The notes: a model not told the origin generated them from the letters alone. DNA of 64,000 nucleotides from Eledone cirrhosa (GCA_964016885.1 OZ024740.1:378386001-378450000); one strand, 5' to 3'; counted from the stretch's first letter, positions 1-13,568 are shown. Made by a program: numbers and translations.

Positions 1-27
1 TAGAAATATGGTCATGAAAAGGTTAAT

Positions 28-232
28 GTTATCGTTTAGCTTTAGGTCAACCCTGATTGAGCAGACCTGTTCTTGCCATGAACACCTCATTTTTCTCCAG
101 ACATTGTATATGTAGGAATACATTATCCAGTGTGTCTTAGCTTTTTTAAGACAGTAGGGTGTGATCAGAAGGAGATATGTTTGCTATTTATAGCAGACCA
201 AGCAACCATATAGAGGCTCCTTAACTGGCTTG
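28..232. repeat. Interspersed repeat of unknown class; related pieces at about 12066-12146, 12952-13055 and 46598-46677
   Basis: Shared motifs GTTTAGC...AGGT, TAGCAG-CCAAGCAACCATA-AGAGG-TCC...TGGCTTG seen in several places. Confidence 0.55.
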
Positions 233-1669
233 AAGAATTCAATGTTTCTTTTGTAGGTGACTAGGTAACTATAACATGTTTGAAAATCACAGACATATTA
301 AAGAAACTGAAGGGGCTATCATAGTATCGGATGATTAATTTGGAAAGTTAATGTTTATATATGTTATTATAAATAACTTTTCTTCCATCTAGAATATTTT
401 TAACTATCTAAGTTGGATAAAAAGAGAAAGATAATCAGGAGAGGAAAAATTATTCATGTTTTTCTTTTTAACTTTACTACACTATAACTGATAAGGTGAT
501 AGTATTTTGTGCTAAACTGATAAGAAGTTAGGTCTATTCATTTCCTAGCTTCAATCATTTGTAAACTTTCTTCCTACTTCTGTTTATCAGTGTCTTTCTG
601 CCTTCCTTTTTTTACAGTAAGAAATTATGTTATCACATGTATTTCAGAGATCCAAATCTTGTTTCAGGAATGAATAAGATAAAAAGGACATTTTAGTTGA
701 CTTCAAGATGGCTAAGGTCAGCTAAAAGATAATATTGAATATTGAGGTTAAGGAATTGCTCAATAACCTAAAACATTTTTTATTGGAATTTATCTTAAAT
801 CTTCTTATATGTTACGTTCTGCATAAATATTTACTATTTAATTAAATGTTTTGTCCAAGAAGCGTTCTAAATTATAATCTGGTTGTATTGGAATCCTGTT
901 TTTTTTTTCAAACTCAAATTTTCTTAGAATTAAAGAAATATTCATTTGATTGTTTAATTGACTTTTGTATTTTAAGATATTGATAGAGATTCATAAATAT
1001 AGTGAACTGCAAACATTATTCCAAAAACAATATTGCATGTAGAAAACTTAAAACTGTTCAGTGAGTTAATTAATAAACTTGTGAGGAGTGAAAGAATCAA
1101 ATTTTTTAGTCACTTGTCCTTCATACAAGAAAGAAAATATATAGAAGTGTTGATGTTGGTTACATGACTGGGAATAAAAAATAAAATAAAATACGGAGAG
1201 AGTGGGGAAAGGAGAAATTATGTGAATAACATACATAGTGAATGATGAGGGAGAGGAGTAAAGGATAAAAGAGAAATGGTGGATTGGGTCAGTTTATAAC
1301 ATGATCAAGGCCATATAAAATGGAAGGGAGGTAGTGATGGACAAAGTGAAGTGGAAGATAATACTAATAATAGCATAGAGAAAAAGGAAGAGATGAACAG
1401 ATACTTTGAACTCTTTCTTTTCTTATCTATTTTTTCTAGAAAAACCTACTATCAATAATCTGTAATACACCATTATCAAATTATCATATTCTATTCTTCA
1501 CATTACATAAATAACACTTGTAATCAACTTTTAGACATAAAAATTAAAATCAAAATCATTGAAATCAAACTTTACAACTATATTCAAGGTTTATCTTTCA
1601 GAGATATAACTTCACTTATATCTTATAAATCTGTATAAATATGGAAATACACTACACATTTAAATTATC

Positions 1670-1877
1670 GTTTCTTATATAGGCACAAGGCCATTGATTT
1701 TGGGGGAGGGGAAAGTCGATTAAATCGACCCCAGTGCGTGACAGATACTTTATTTTATCACCCCATAAGGATGAAAGGCAAAGTTAACCTCGGCGGGATT
1801 TGAACACAGACCATAAAGGGGCGTAACTCTATGCTACAAAGCGTGGCATCCGACCCTCTACCGATACTGCCAATCCA
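1670..1877 (-). mobile_element. tRNA-derived SINE, family A
   Basis: Minus strand has A-box TGGCAGTATCGG, B-box GTTCAAATCC, then central GCCTTTCATCC...GATAAAATAAAGTA and GGCCTTGTGCC tail; multiple copies in the window. Confidence 0.85.
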
Positions 1878-2309
1878 AATACTGCATCATCATCATCATT
1901 AACAGTATGATTTTCATTTTCATCATCATTTTAACATCTATTTTTTTCTGCATATTACCTATTGTCTTATGTTTGGTAATTTTCTTTTGTTTGGCACAAT
2001 AATCTGACTTAGCCATCTTTTCCTATGTCTTCTATGGTCTTCCTCTTCAACAAATACTTCCTACAGAGAATGCATGTCACCTTTTCACCTGACACTTATT
2101 TCTGCTATATATCTATACAGTGAAGTTTCTGATTAACATATTCAAATCTCCAATGAAAACAAAACTGAAATATGTCATGCCAAAGCAATTGTGATGATAA
2201 TTTAGAGAGGGAGTTAAATTTATGTGAAAATAGACAGTCTTTTTGTAAAATATCAATGAAGTTTATTTCATGTTACTGTTTTGACTACCATAAGGTAGGC
2301 AAACCATAC

Positions 2310-2590
2310 TTCATCATCTTCTTCATCATTTTACATCCACTTTCCATGCTGGGATATGTTAGATGGGTTGTCATCATTGGTGAACCCCATCTCACTCACA
2401 TGTTCCATTTTTGGCATGGTTCATATGGCTGGATGCCCTTCATTACATGATCCACTTTGCAGAGTATACTGGATGTTTTTTAATGTGGGACCAGCACTGC
2501 CACTTTACACAGTGTGGATGTATTAGTGTGTTTGTGAGGCCATGCAAGCATGGAAAAATAAGTAAAAATGATGATGCCGATGATGATATA
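2310..2590. mobile_element. Degenerate RTE-3'-end/SINE remnants in opposite orientations
   Basis: (CAT)n and (GAT)n tails at the two ends; GCTGGATGCCCTTC motif shared with the RTE 3' UTR. Confidence 0.55.
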
Positions 2591-2607
2591 TAGTTAGTTA
2601 ATAATAT

Positions 2608-2710
2608 GACTGGGGGCTCCTGTCATTAAAACAACATCCAAGAAACCTCATTTGAGATTCAACCTCATTGGAAGCCAACTGAACTTATGCAGGTGTGAGC
2701 TGTAACAACA
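2608..2710 (+). mobile_element. 3' tail fragment of SINE family B
   Basis: GACTGGGGGCTCCTGTCATT...CCAAGAAACCTC...GGAAGCC matches the reverse complement of 12170-12265. Confidence 0.55.
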
Positions 2711-3537
2711 TATATATGGTTATCAAACTTATATATACGAGTATGTGTGTGTGTTTATTAGTCAGAAAGTTCATATCACTTTTGTTCTACTGGCATATAA
2801 TCATAAAACATATTCTTAAATCAATTATTCATTAAATTCCCAAATCATTCATTTTTACCAGAAAATCTTAATGAAAAAATATTGTTTGGATAATCCATAA
2901 TTTATTTAGTTTAACTGAAATAATTGTTTTAAAGCCAGTCTCCATGAAAACAGAAATACTGTTAATAAGTTACTCTTTACAGAAAAAAATAAGAGTATTA
3001 TTGGATTAAATAAATATCAGTACACATATATATAGAGAAAACTGAGAATCAAATCTGAATGTGACCATGAGTCAAAAGTTCAAACAGCAACAATACAGGT
3101 CCCAAGTTTTTAAAAAAAGGTAAATAGAAAAGAAGGAAAGAAAACCCTCTGAGGACTATAAAAACTTGCCGATAATTGATTTTCCAACAAATGCAGTAGA
3201 ATTGTGTCCATTACCAATCTCAAGTTGCAGAAATGTACCAAACGTTTGACAATAAGAAATAAATGAAAAGTTTTTATGAGTTCTTAAATGGCTAAAATGA
3301 CTCTTCCATGAAATAATAGTTCTGATAACATTTTTTTCTTACACATTGTCTGCTGAAAAAGTATCAGGCTTTATTTTTTCCCATGGGAAGTAATAATGTT
3401 TGGAAAACAAAAGTGGAGTCATATACATTCATGCACTGGATGTGTCAGTCACTGTCAGGTAGCTAGTGTGTGAGATACTGGATGACTGACTGACTTGTTG
3501 CATTTTCATTTTTCCTGATACTGCCAATAAGCAGTAA

Positions 3538-4067
3538 ACTAGAGGTGAGATATGAGTGTATGGGTTGAACCTGAAAACCAAAGCTCAGTTATCACAGTGG
3601 AAGCATCCAATGTTGCTAAGGCTAATAAAATCATGTCAATTGGGGAGCAAAATCAAGGTGATGCTGACTATTTTCTTTGATTATTGAAGCATTGTGCATC
3701 ATGGATATGCAACAGAGTGATCAACACTTATAAAGATTACTATCATGGAGTCCCTTGACGTCTTTGCTCTGCAGTTTTGTGGAAGAGACTGAATTTGTGG
3801 GCTTCAAAAAATTGGCAGCTGCATCATGACAATGCCTAGTTCATTCATTGCAACAAATACAAAGGTTTCTTGGCAAAGAAAGGCATTTTGCTCATTCACC
3901 AAGCTCCCTACTTCCCAGGCATGGTTTCTTTTGATTTCCTTGAGATTTAAGAGGACATCCAGTGGACTGCAACAGCAGAACTGAGTGTCATTTCAGAAGA
4001 AACATTTGAAATGTACTTCAAACGGGAAGGATTGCTGGGCTCAAGGGTCCTACTCTGAAGAGGATTA
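3538..4067 (+). pseudogene. Decayed mariner (Tc1/mariner) transposase
   Basis: Fragmentary translation TKAQLSQWKHP, KVMLTIFFD, WQLHHDNA, QAPYFPGMVSFDF with stops and frameshifts. Confidence 0.85.
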
Positions 4068-4159
4068 TCACATTGTCGCCATTTAGTTGTCAAACATTGT
4101 AACCCCCTGTCTCTCACTACGTTTGTTTTAGTACTGCAGTGCTTGTACTATGGTATATT

Positions 4160-4290
4160 ACCAGTCCACTTCCTCATGTGCCATCTCCTTCATAAGGTTC
4201 AGTTTCCTGAGGTCATTCTTTACAACTTGGTCCTATGTCTTCCTTGGGCTGCCACAGGTTCCATCCAACTCAAGCCTTGGCAATTCTTTT
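4160..4290 (-). mobile_element. RTE LINE C-terminal relic
   Basis: Minus-strand translation LELDGTCGSPRKT*DQVVKNDLRKLNL. Confidence 0.65.
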
Positions 4291-5570
4291 GAAAATTAAA
4301 TTAAGTTCTAAACTTGGAAAAATACATTGAAAGAACAGATCAATATTATTAAATGAAGTGCACACAGTTTTCAGAGTCTGTACTTTTATTTATTTGCTAT
4401 GGTGCTTAATGACTTTTAAGAATAACACTGTTTGAGATTTTGATTGTAGCATTCTTTTTTCCTATATATAACCTTCAGATAAAAAAGATATCCATATGGT
4501 CACTAATACGTTTTTAAATATTTAACATAAAATATATTTGTATATTCTACAGTCTGCATGGATATTTCCATATTTATATAATTATGTGTGTAAAAGTATA
4601 AACATGGATTTATTATCTCAGTATTATGTGTTTACTTGGCACGAGGAGGAAATGATGAGTTCTTAATCATTACATGAAAAAACAGTAGAAACATTTTGTT
4701 TGTTGCTATTCACTTGAAAACGTGTATTACTTTTGTTATCTGATGCAAACATTACTATCTGATGCAATCAAATATCTGTATGCAGCATATACTGGGATAA
4801 GTAAATGTATTTGTATGTATGAATGTTGATGCATGAAATGAGAGAAATATAAGAGGAAATGTTGATAAATTGATAACTTGACTGGGTGTATTGTTTAGTC
4901 AAGTTCATAGGAAGGGGACTATACTTTTGTATGCGTCACATGATATTTTAGCTGCAAAAATCTGGTAAATAATAGAGACATTTTCTCAAAAGCTAATCCT
5001 GTTTCTAGTTGAAAATAAAATTCTGAATTTCTTTGAATTTCTATTTTGTAGAATCTCTCTATATATCAAATATATTTTCATACCTCTGTTTACCCATATA
5101 TTTGGAGTTTGGAGTGTGGCATAGATTTTAAAAACATAACCTTTTCTTATATTGCCTTAAACATTTCTATAACCTTTTCTCCCACACATGTTTAAAATGA
5201 AACATTCCTTTGTAAACAATGCCAAAGAAATATTTATTTTTGCAGCAATTCTACAGGGTCTCCTCTTGAAGTATAGTGAAAAACAATTATTTTCTATCAA
5301 CTTGTGATGTTTGAGCTTTCAAGAGTTTACATGTTATATTTATATCAAGTCAGAGCTCTTTCTTTATTTTCTGATGTTCACATTTAATTAGTTTATTATA
5401 TAATTAGCAAATAATGTAATAGCCGTACATAAAAAGGTAGAAATGTATTAAGTAACCTCTATAAGTAGGAATTCATGTTTGTTGTGTACCTAGTAAAAAG
5501 AGTCTGACTGACGACCAGTACTTTGAATCATATTGATTGATAGGAGTAGATAACTAAGAACATTCACAAT

Positions 5571-5765
5571 TAGTATTGGTAGAGCATTGGACAACAGGCT
5601 TTGTGGCAGATAGTTATGGTTCTTTACGTTCTGAGTTCAAATTTCACCGAGGTTAGCTATGACTTTCATCCTTATGGGATTGATAATATAAAGTAATGCA
5701 CTGGAGTTGATTTAATCGACTTTTCCCTGCCCCAAAATTGTTGGCCTTGTGCCCAAATCAGAAAC
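5571..5765 (+). mobile_element. tRNA-derived SINE, family A
   Basis: GAGTTCAAAT B-box, ACTTTCATCCTTATGGG, GGCCTTGTGCC tail. Confidence 0.8.
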
Positions 5766-6019
5766 GATTATTTTACATATATTTTTCATGCATTCTAATT
5801 TTGAAACTGCTCATCAACTAGTGCTACTATACACAATTGTCTCAAACAAGAAGACCAATAGAAACCATCAGTTTTCTAAGCAGTCTTGATCATTTTTAGT
5901 ATTTCAGGAGAGCAACTGCCTCAGTCTGCAAGCTGTTTCGATTCTGAGTTGAAACAAATCCCCTTTATTTACACTAGAAAAAAGTATGAGTATTTTAAGA
6001 AATAGGAAAACAATATGTG

Positions 6020-6590
6020 AGTGGAGTTCCACTGAAGCAAGTTGAGAAGTTCAAGTATCTTGAGGCTATGTTCATGAGTGATGGAAGGCAGTAGGCTGAA
6101 TTAAGTGCAAGAATTGCAGGAGCTGGTGCAGTAATGTGCCAGCTTTCAGCTTTTAGTCATCAGAAGAAGGGAGGTAGCTGTAAGAGCGAAACTCACTATC
6201 TTCAATTTGGTATTCATGCCAACCCTTACCTATGATCATGAATCTTGTGTAATGACTGAAAGAATATGATTGTGAATATAAGTGGCCGAAATGGCGTTCC
6301 TCCAAAGGGTTGCTCCAGGTAGAGCCACTACTTCTCCAGATTGAGAGATCACAGCTCTGATACTATGGGTATGTGGTTAGAATGTCTCAGGAAAGAATCG
6401 TTGGACAGATTTTTATGGGTAAACGAAACCAGCAGGAGACCCAGAGGTAGTCACTGAGCAAGAGGGTTGGATAACATTCTCTCATTTGGGGATCCAGTCA
6501 GATCAATTGGATACAGTTGCTTCTGACAGGACCCACTGGAAGGAGTGTTTGAGGACTCTGCCCCCACGAGCCTCCCAGGAATAAATGGAT
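6020..6590 (+). mobile_element. RTE LINE 3' fragment (family C, same family as 47210-48318)
   Basis: GVPLKQVEKFKYL...AELSARIAGAGAVM; clearly similar to the reverse complement of 47230-47790. Confidence 0.8.
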
Positions 6591-6845
6591 GAAGAAGAAT
6601 AAAAATAAAAATATATTTCTATGAAGAGTCTTGTCAGGCACTTTCACAATCATCATTATAAAGCCCATGATTTTATCTACCTTATGGTAATGTTTAAACA
6701 ATAGTTAAAGAAAAAGTAAAATAACCATTATTTTGACTTGAATGTTCAGGGTTTGCAGGATTTTAGTGTACAGGCAGGGTATCCGTTAAAGTTTTGTCTT
6801 TATATACATTAAAGCGTTTCAGGCTATAACACACAAATTCAGGAC

Positions 6846-7650
6846 TCATTGTCCTTGGGAACATTGTCCTTGGGAACATTGTCCTTGCTGATCATATATT
6901 TCTCAGCACAATTTCTGTTGAAATGCTGCATAAAAAGTTCAAAAATTGGAAACATGATCTGAGTTTAAAAATTATGAGGTCAACATGGTAACGACAAAAG
7001 TTCTGAATTGTATGAGAGTATAACATTCCACTACCATTTGGGAAGTGGCCTCATTCAATATGTTGGTAAAGAATAAGGAATAGGTAGGAACTCAATATTG
7101 CAAACTTAATACAAGCAGTCTGATGGAAAACTAAGACTTCAAAGAATATAGATGCAAAGGATCCATGAAATGAAGTCAATGAACTGATCAGATTACCAGC
7201 TAGATATAAATGATAGTTTCTGTTACCTAGGTGATTTATTTAATGCTGAAGGTGGTTGTAGCAAACACATAGTAGCTAGAGTAAATAAGGGATGAAAAAG
7301 TTAGCAAAGCTGATGCCTCTGTTAGCAAAAATGTGTTTTGCTTTTTGTGTAAAATGTAAGCTGTATGAAGCATGTACAAGACATACTGTGGTACATTGTA
7401 ATGAGGCATGGATATTAAATGAAGAAGATCAGATATTGGGGAAAGGAAACAAATATAATCTACTGGATAAAAGCCTGGGTTCAAATGAGCTGATAGAGTG
7501 GAAAAACATTAAAGTCATCGACTACATAATGCTTATGCTTCACAGGAGAAATGATGAAAAACTGAGGTGATTGATAATAAGCTGTTCAGAATACTCATCC
7601 TCAAAGCATGGAAAAGTGAATGTTGAAATGTTGTTGATGATGGTGATGAT
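6846..7650 (+). mobile_element. Old RTE relic of the PHD-bearing lineage
   Basis: CPWE, PFGKWP..IC, GRNSIL, DSFCYLGD, LMPLLAK...KLYEAC remnants; ORF 7292-7570 is part of it; contains a 15-bp tandem CATTGTCCTTGGGAA. Confidence 0.75.
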
Positions 7651-8933
7651 AAAAAATATATCTTAGAAAAAAAACAACAAAAACTCAGATATAAGAGACA
7701 TTTTTGAAAATACTTCACTTAAAAATTTGAATGAAGTAAAAAGTTTATAAAATCTAAAATGCTATGCATTTAACTATATAAAAAAAGCTTAAAATATCAC
7801 TATGGAAAGTATCTTCTATTTTAAAGACATTGCAATAATTGTATCTGTCTACTTATATTCAAAGTGGAGGAATGTTTTTCACAGTTTTAGTAAAGATTAT
7901 GATTACCACAAACATAATCTTTGTCATTATCAAAGCTTTACAATTTCAAGAGATTGTGAAGTTGAGCAAAAACAAGTTTGTACTTGTTATCAGCTAAACT
8001 TTTGTCTACATCTGGCATGAAAATCTTCTGACAACATTTCTTGCCATTTAGGCTTCACCTATTACTAATTGGGAGCTACCTATCAAGTTGTTTTATTTCA
8101 GTATATATGTGTTGATATAGCTCTCTCCAACTATCTGTATTCAGCTTTATCTTATATACTCTTTCTTCTTTGCATTAACATTCTACTCATTGCGACCTTT
8201 AAGTACATTTAAAATTTTATACAAATCACACCAGCTTACTAACATCCTTCACATTTTGCATACAGGTCTTATTTACAAATACTGTAAACACCTTTCACTA
8301 GGGATGTATTTTCTCTATTAAAAAAGTCTGTAAAGACATTCTACAATGTTAGTACCATTTACTTGATAGCAAAGCTTTCCAATACTCTACAGTCTTTAAC
8401 TTAAGAGAATATGTGTATTTCCTTGTTTTTTCCCTCCCTCTACAATGGCAGCTGTTTTTTTGAACTTGCTGGCTGAATTATACCCAACAGAAATACATTT
8501 ATCCCACCCACTCAAGCATACTCTCCAGAAACACACTTATCCCACCCACTCAATTTTCAGTATTTCCTCCCAGAGTTTCACCCTTCAACAATCCTCTTCC
8601 TGCTTATGTTTCCTGTTAAAAACTGCAAATGTTTAAATTAAAAATTAACCATACTTAGCTTTCTCTATCATAATTATAGGAGAGCATAATGGTATAACAG
8701 ATACCCCATTTCTTAGATATTGAATAAAAATAAAATGTTGATATCTTTTCAGGTTAACTTAAATAACAGCCAAAGTAGCTTGCTAGTTCAGATGAGCAAT
8801 GAGTTGCTATAGCAATGGTAGGCGTGAAAGAGATAAGAAGCAGCACATGTGTGGGCCAGTAGTTGTAGCATGTTTATTAGTCTTTCCCAATGATTTGAAT
8901 GGTCTTTTTTTAGGTGTGTCTAATGTATTAATG

Positions 8934-9085
8934 TAGGTGGTGAATTGGCAGAGTTGTTAGAACATCAGAGAGAATGATTTAAAGTATTCATTCTGGCTCG
9001 CTGCACTCTGATTTCAAATCACACCAAGGTCATCTTTGCCTTTCAGCCTTTTAGGGTCAGTAAAAAAGTACCAGTTGAGTACTGT
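8934..9085 (+). mobile_element. Degenerate SINE, family A
   Basis: TGGCAGAGTTGTTAGA head, TTTGCCTTTCAGCCTTTTAGGGTC, AAGTACCAGTTGAGTACTG. Confidence 0.7.
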
Positions 9086-10319
9086 ATCTCTTTCTCACTT
9101 CTTCTCTATCACTCTCTCTCTCTTTCTCTGGAAGAAGTTGGCTGTGTTCAAATCTGGAGAGGGATAGGCAGATTTAAGAAATGCTGTATGTCACTACAGC
9201 ATCCCCTTTACTCCATCAGGAGTTACAGGTTTAAAAGAAAAGATGTATCTATATACATACAGTATGTTAATGAGTGAAATTTTTCCTTCTTTTGGATGTG
9301 GTTTAAAATGTTGGTGTGTATGTATAAGCAGCATAGTTCCATATATATGAGTAGTACTGATCAGTGCTGAAGTATTTTTCTTGTCTTGAGGAGAAAGTCC
9401 TGTGTTTGGGATGCAGTTTTAGTAATGTTATGTATGTGAGGTCTTCACGAAAAAAACATTTGAAATTGTGAGGTTTGGCATTTGTTGTAACATTAAGGTT
9501 TTTAATCATGTATTATAAATTCAGAGAAAAGGTGTTTTCCATCTTATATTGTGTTCTTGGTCTGATGAAAGTGACAAAATTGTCATGTCTCCATTTGTGA
9601 AAACTTTGTGTTTCTGTTCATGAAAACAGTACGTATTTGATATGAAATGTCTGAGTTGTATGCGTGACGCTTGCATACAAAAGTGTAAGGGGGAGTGAAT
9701 GATAGCAATATATGTGGTTAGAAGTAACAGCAAGTAGGTAATTAATGTAGAAGACAGTGCATAGGAGATGTAACCAAACTTTTGAGTGCACTAGATTTAA
9801 TAGAATGTAGGTCGGAAGGAATATAATTTCAAAGTAATAGATACATTTTGTTATTTATGTAAAATGTATTATGCATTAGAAGTAGATATAATTGCAAAGT
9901 AATGAATACTTGAAGTAGTGAGAATTTCAGAGAATTTTAATCTATACCAAGAAAATGGGTTCTGATTCTATCTGTATACAAATAATAGTAAAAATGATAA
10001 TTAAAAGGATAAAAGACCAAGATAATGAATCCTGAGAAGTAAAATCAGTGTAAGGAAGTAATTCAATATGAAGGCCTGCTATTTCATCGCATTTATTTAT
10101 TTATTTTATTTGGAAAATTGTTGGTTACAGGTTTCCAACAGGTTAATCACTGGTTCACTGAATTTCTAGCAATGATACTGACAAGGAAGTGTTTGTAAAT
10201 AAATGCAGAACAAAATTTCAAGGGATTTTGTAAATTATTGGTTTTTCAGTTTTCTCTTTCTTATTTATATCTATTGCTGATATACATTAGTGAAAGACAC
10301 ACATGTGCACACACACTCA

Positions 10320-10460
10320 TTAGGTTTCTGCAAGATTTCCATTTCTTTAATTCCACTCATCAGGTATTGGTCAACATGAGGCTATCAGAGAAGACACAAT
10401 GCCCAATGTAATATATACTGGGGCCATATGATTGCAAAGAGTACTTTTAAACCACACAAT
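10320..10460 (-). mobile_element. Degenerate tRNA-derived SINE, family C (also about 59200-59355)
   Basis: CACTCA..AGG.ATTGGTC, GCTAT..AGAAGAC, AACCAC motifs shared between the two copies. Confidence 0.5.
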
Positions 10461-11089
10461 TAAGTAAACATACATACTTTTACCTCTATTGCTTGTATTT
10501 GTAAACATTATTCTAGTTATTACTTCGAAATATATTTACAACATTTTTTATCACATTATAATTTAAAAAATGAAGAAAGAAAAGAACATTAGTATTGAAT
10601 AGTGAAACCCAGTAATGGTTATTTGTTTAATTCATATTAAACCCACAGTGTTTCTCATAATAGGAGTGTCAATTATAATATATTATTCTTAACAACTAGA
10701 GTCAACTCATGACATATAAGACAATAACACCTAGTGTTATATAAGGAATGATTAAAGAAAAACCACTTAAATATATAAACAATATAGGCGAGGGAGCCTA
10801 CATCAAAAGAATGTGCTGCATATTAAATATGAATATGGTTGGGTCTCACATATGTAATAAATTGAGTTGAAAAGCTTTAATCAACTGAGATTATCTAATC
10901 AATTAGTTGTCAAAAACTCTATCTAGAGATGTTTAAAATCCCAAAACAACAAGCAAGGGGTATAATTCTCATAAAGATCATTTGATTGACATTTTTGAAC
11001 AATGGAATCCTCAAACAAACCAAATCAACATAGAGTAGAGGGGAACCTTTGATCATGTCTAGTGTTGGTGCATGTTTAAATTTACTCAT

Positions 11090-11315
11090 TATTCTCTGTA
11101 AAGTGGTAGCATTGGTGCCATGATAAAATGCACTCAGTATACTCTGCAAAATAGTTGGCATTAGAAAGGGTATCCAGCCATAGAAACCATGCCAAAATGT
11201 ATGAGCAAGATGTTTCACTGATCCATCTAATCTTCGACAGTGATGACCTGTCCAACCTATACCAACATAGGAGGCAGATGTAAAATGATAATGATGAAAA
11301 ATGAGGATGATGATA
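11090..11315 (+). mobile_element. RTE-3'-UTR-related repeat (similar copies about 42940-43095, 44590-44735, 52030-52150, 54645-54835, 55905-56055)
   Basis: GGCATTAGAAAGGGTATCCAGCC.TAGAAACCATG and CCAACC..ATG...GTAAAATGATGATG tail. Confidence 0.65.
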
Positions 11316-12157
11316 GGTGATGCAGATTGGTCTTTATGGATTAGTTGAGAGTATCATCATATAATTTCTGTAAGTACTACTTGCATATGTTGTTATACGT
11401 TTTTGACATCAGTAAAAATGTAGGTTAATTATAATTTGGGCTAATGTGGTTCCATATTCCTGAACTATTGATGCTAATAACATGTTATTCCTTTTCAAAT
11501 TTCTCTCTCAAGATAATTTATTTATCCTTCTAATTAACATATTATTTGTTTGTACTTGCATAATTACACAGTGAAGGGGTAGAATTTGCAAATAGTAGAT
11601 GTGGGAAGAGTTGCTTTTAAAAATTCAGATATTTATGCATATGAAGCTTACATAAAAATTGGCAGTATTCCAATTTGTACAAAAATTGGATAGGTATGAC
11701 TTATTTAACCCCTGTTTTCATCATAAATTGGTTCATTTGCTCCCATAACAGTTAATAACATCAACATTTGAGAATACAATTCTAAATTTGATATATCTGA
11801 CATAACTATTTATTTATATTCCATTATTAATAAAATAAATGACTATCAAAGACCTTGCTCTCAAATCAAGTAAACATAAAATGTGATTTTAAAATGTACT
11901 GTAAATATTTATTTAATAGTTTTGAAATCTACTAAAAGAATTAAAAACAAATTTTTACACATAATATGCTTTCTTCCAAATAGTGAAAACAATCTGTTCA
12001 TTTATGTACAATATGCACATAAGTGCATAGAAATGAACAAATATGTAAAAGAGGCTATTTCATAATTGTTGTTTAGCCCCAGGTTGGCTTATGATAAAAA
12101 AACCTTTCAGCTGTGGCCCTCTCATCTTTTATTTAGACCCTAGTGGACCTAATGATG

Positions 12158-12417
12158 TGTGTGTGTGTGTGTGACCGCTCCCACCTATGCAGGTTTAGCA
12201 GGCTTCCTCCAAGGTATATCTCATTGGAGGTGTCTTGGGTAATTTAATGATAGGGACCCCAGTCCTATCATCTCATTTCTACAGCTGAGTAAACTGGAGC
12301 AATGTGAAATAAAGTGTCTTGCTCAAGGAAACAACACATTACCTGGTCCGAGAATTGAACTCACAACCTTTTGATTGCAAGCCCAATGCTCTAACCACTA
12401 AGCCATGCGCCTTCACA
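12158..12417 (-). mobile_element. Complete tRNA-derived CORE-like SINE, family B, with (CA)n tail and 11-bp TSD
   Basis: A-box TGGCTTAGTGG, B-box GTTCAATTC, core CCTTGAGCAAGACACTTTATTTCAC; TSD ACCTAATGATG at 12147-12157 and 12418-12428. Confidence 0.9.
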
Positions 12418-12442
12418 ACCTAATGATGGCAATGGCATTGAA

Positions 12443-12545
12443 TCATCATCATCTTTTTATGTCCGCTTTTCCCTGCTTGCAAGGGTGGGACGGGTCCTAT
12501 TCAGCACAGCATCTTTCCATTCGTCACGGTCCTTCGTCATCTCTG
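12443..12545 (-). mobile_element. RTE family B extreme 3' end
   Basis: Matches 19150-19240 in reverse (GACCCGTCC.ACCCTTGCAAGCAG.GAAAAGCGGAC + GAT repeats). Confidence 0.75.
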
Positions 12546-13403
12546 AATGTATTTTATTTTTGAAGTCCAGGATTAGTATACCATATATACTAGGATTACT
12601 GGATATACTGGGAAATTTGCATTTTGATAAATTAATGATTTGCTTATGAGAAATCCTATAGTTTATGTTGATTACTGACTAATGGAAGCGATTAAAGAAA
12701 AGAATGAAATTTTAATAATTTATTTCTAGAATATGATTACATAGATGTTCAGCATATATGTAAAAATGACATATAAGATTAAAAATATGAGTAATGTAGG
12801 AGAAATAACTATTTACAGGGACACATGTAGGGCTAGAACCAAACACCTTGTGATTGGATAACAAACCTTTTATTGTAGCAACATAACTGAGATAGGAAAT
12901 GCACTATATGTATGTGTAAATTGTAAAGAGTTACAGACATATATATATATATCCTATGTGTTCCCTTTTTCTAAGGTGAGTTGAGTATGATTTAACAAAG
13001 ATTTGGTTATTTGTAGCAGGCCAAGCAACCATAGAGAGGTTCCCTTGTTGGCTTGCTTTTCTATAATTTTAACAAGATATAGTCAAATAAAATTCTAAAT
13101 ACTGTATACTTTTCACTCTGAATCAATTTAAGAAGAAAATAATTTTGTTTCTAAGAAAAAAAGTTTGTATGTTACATTTCTGTTATCTCTTAATGTTTTA
13201 GGATACATTAAGGTAATTTAGATTGCTAATGGCTATATTTATCGGGGTTAATATTATGGAGTTGAATAACTGCTATTGGTTAGTCAATATATCAAGAAAA
13301 TCTTTGCTTATATGCCCTTTGAAACAATTGTAAAACAACGGTGGATTAATTAATTACTAAACCTTGTTTTATTTTTTTTTCATTAGTCAACCATATATAT
13401 ATA

Positions 13404-13568
13404 AGAGAGGGTGTAGTAAGATACCAGATGGACCATAATACACCAGAGTACTTGATACTTGGAGTAGTAGAGTGGGTAATATGAAAATATTCAGGACCCC
13501 GATGGCAGAGCTCCGGCTGTTTCGACAGCTAGATCCATTTGAATCTAGCTGTCGAAATGGCCAGAGCT
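13404..13568. mobile_element. About 165-bp insert in a (TA)n tract ending in a long hairpin; probable Penelope-like pLTR fragment
   Basis: TA repeats on both sides; perfect arms 13520-13534 and 13543-13557, extendable to 13509/13568. Confidence 0.5.

Noticed and set aside
6125-6166. CTGATGA...GAAA on the minus strand
   Set aside because: Inside RTE coding sequence; stems I and III and the NUH triplet do not form
12340-12416. tRNA-like sequence with A and B boxes
   Set aside because: It is the head of a TSD-flanked SINE, continuing into core and tail; no proper acceptor stem
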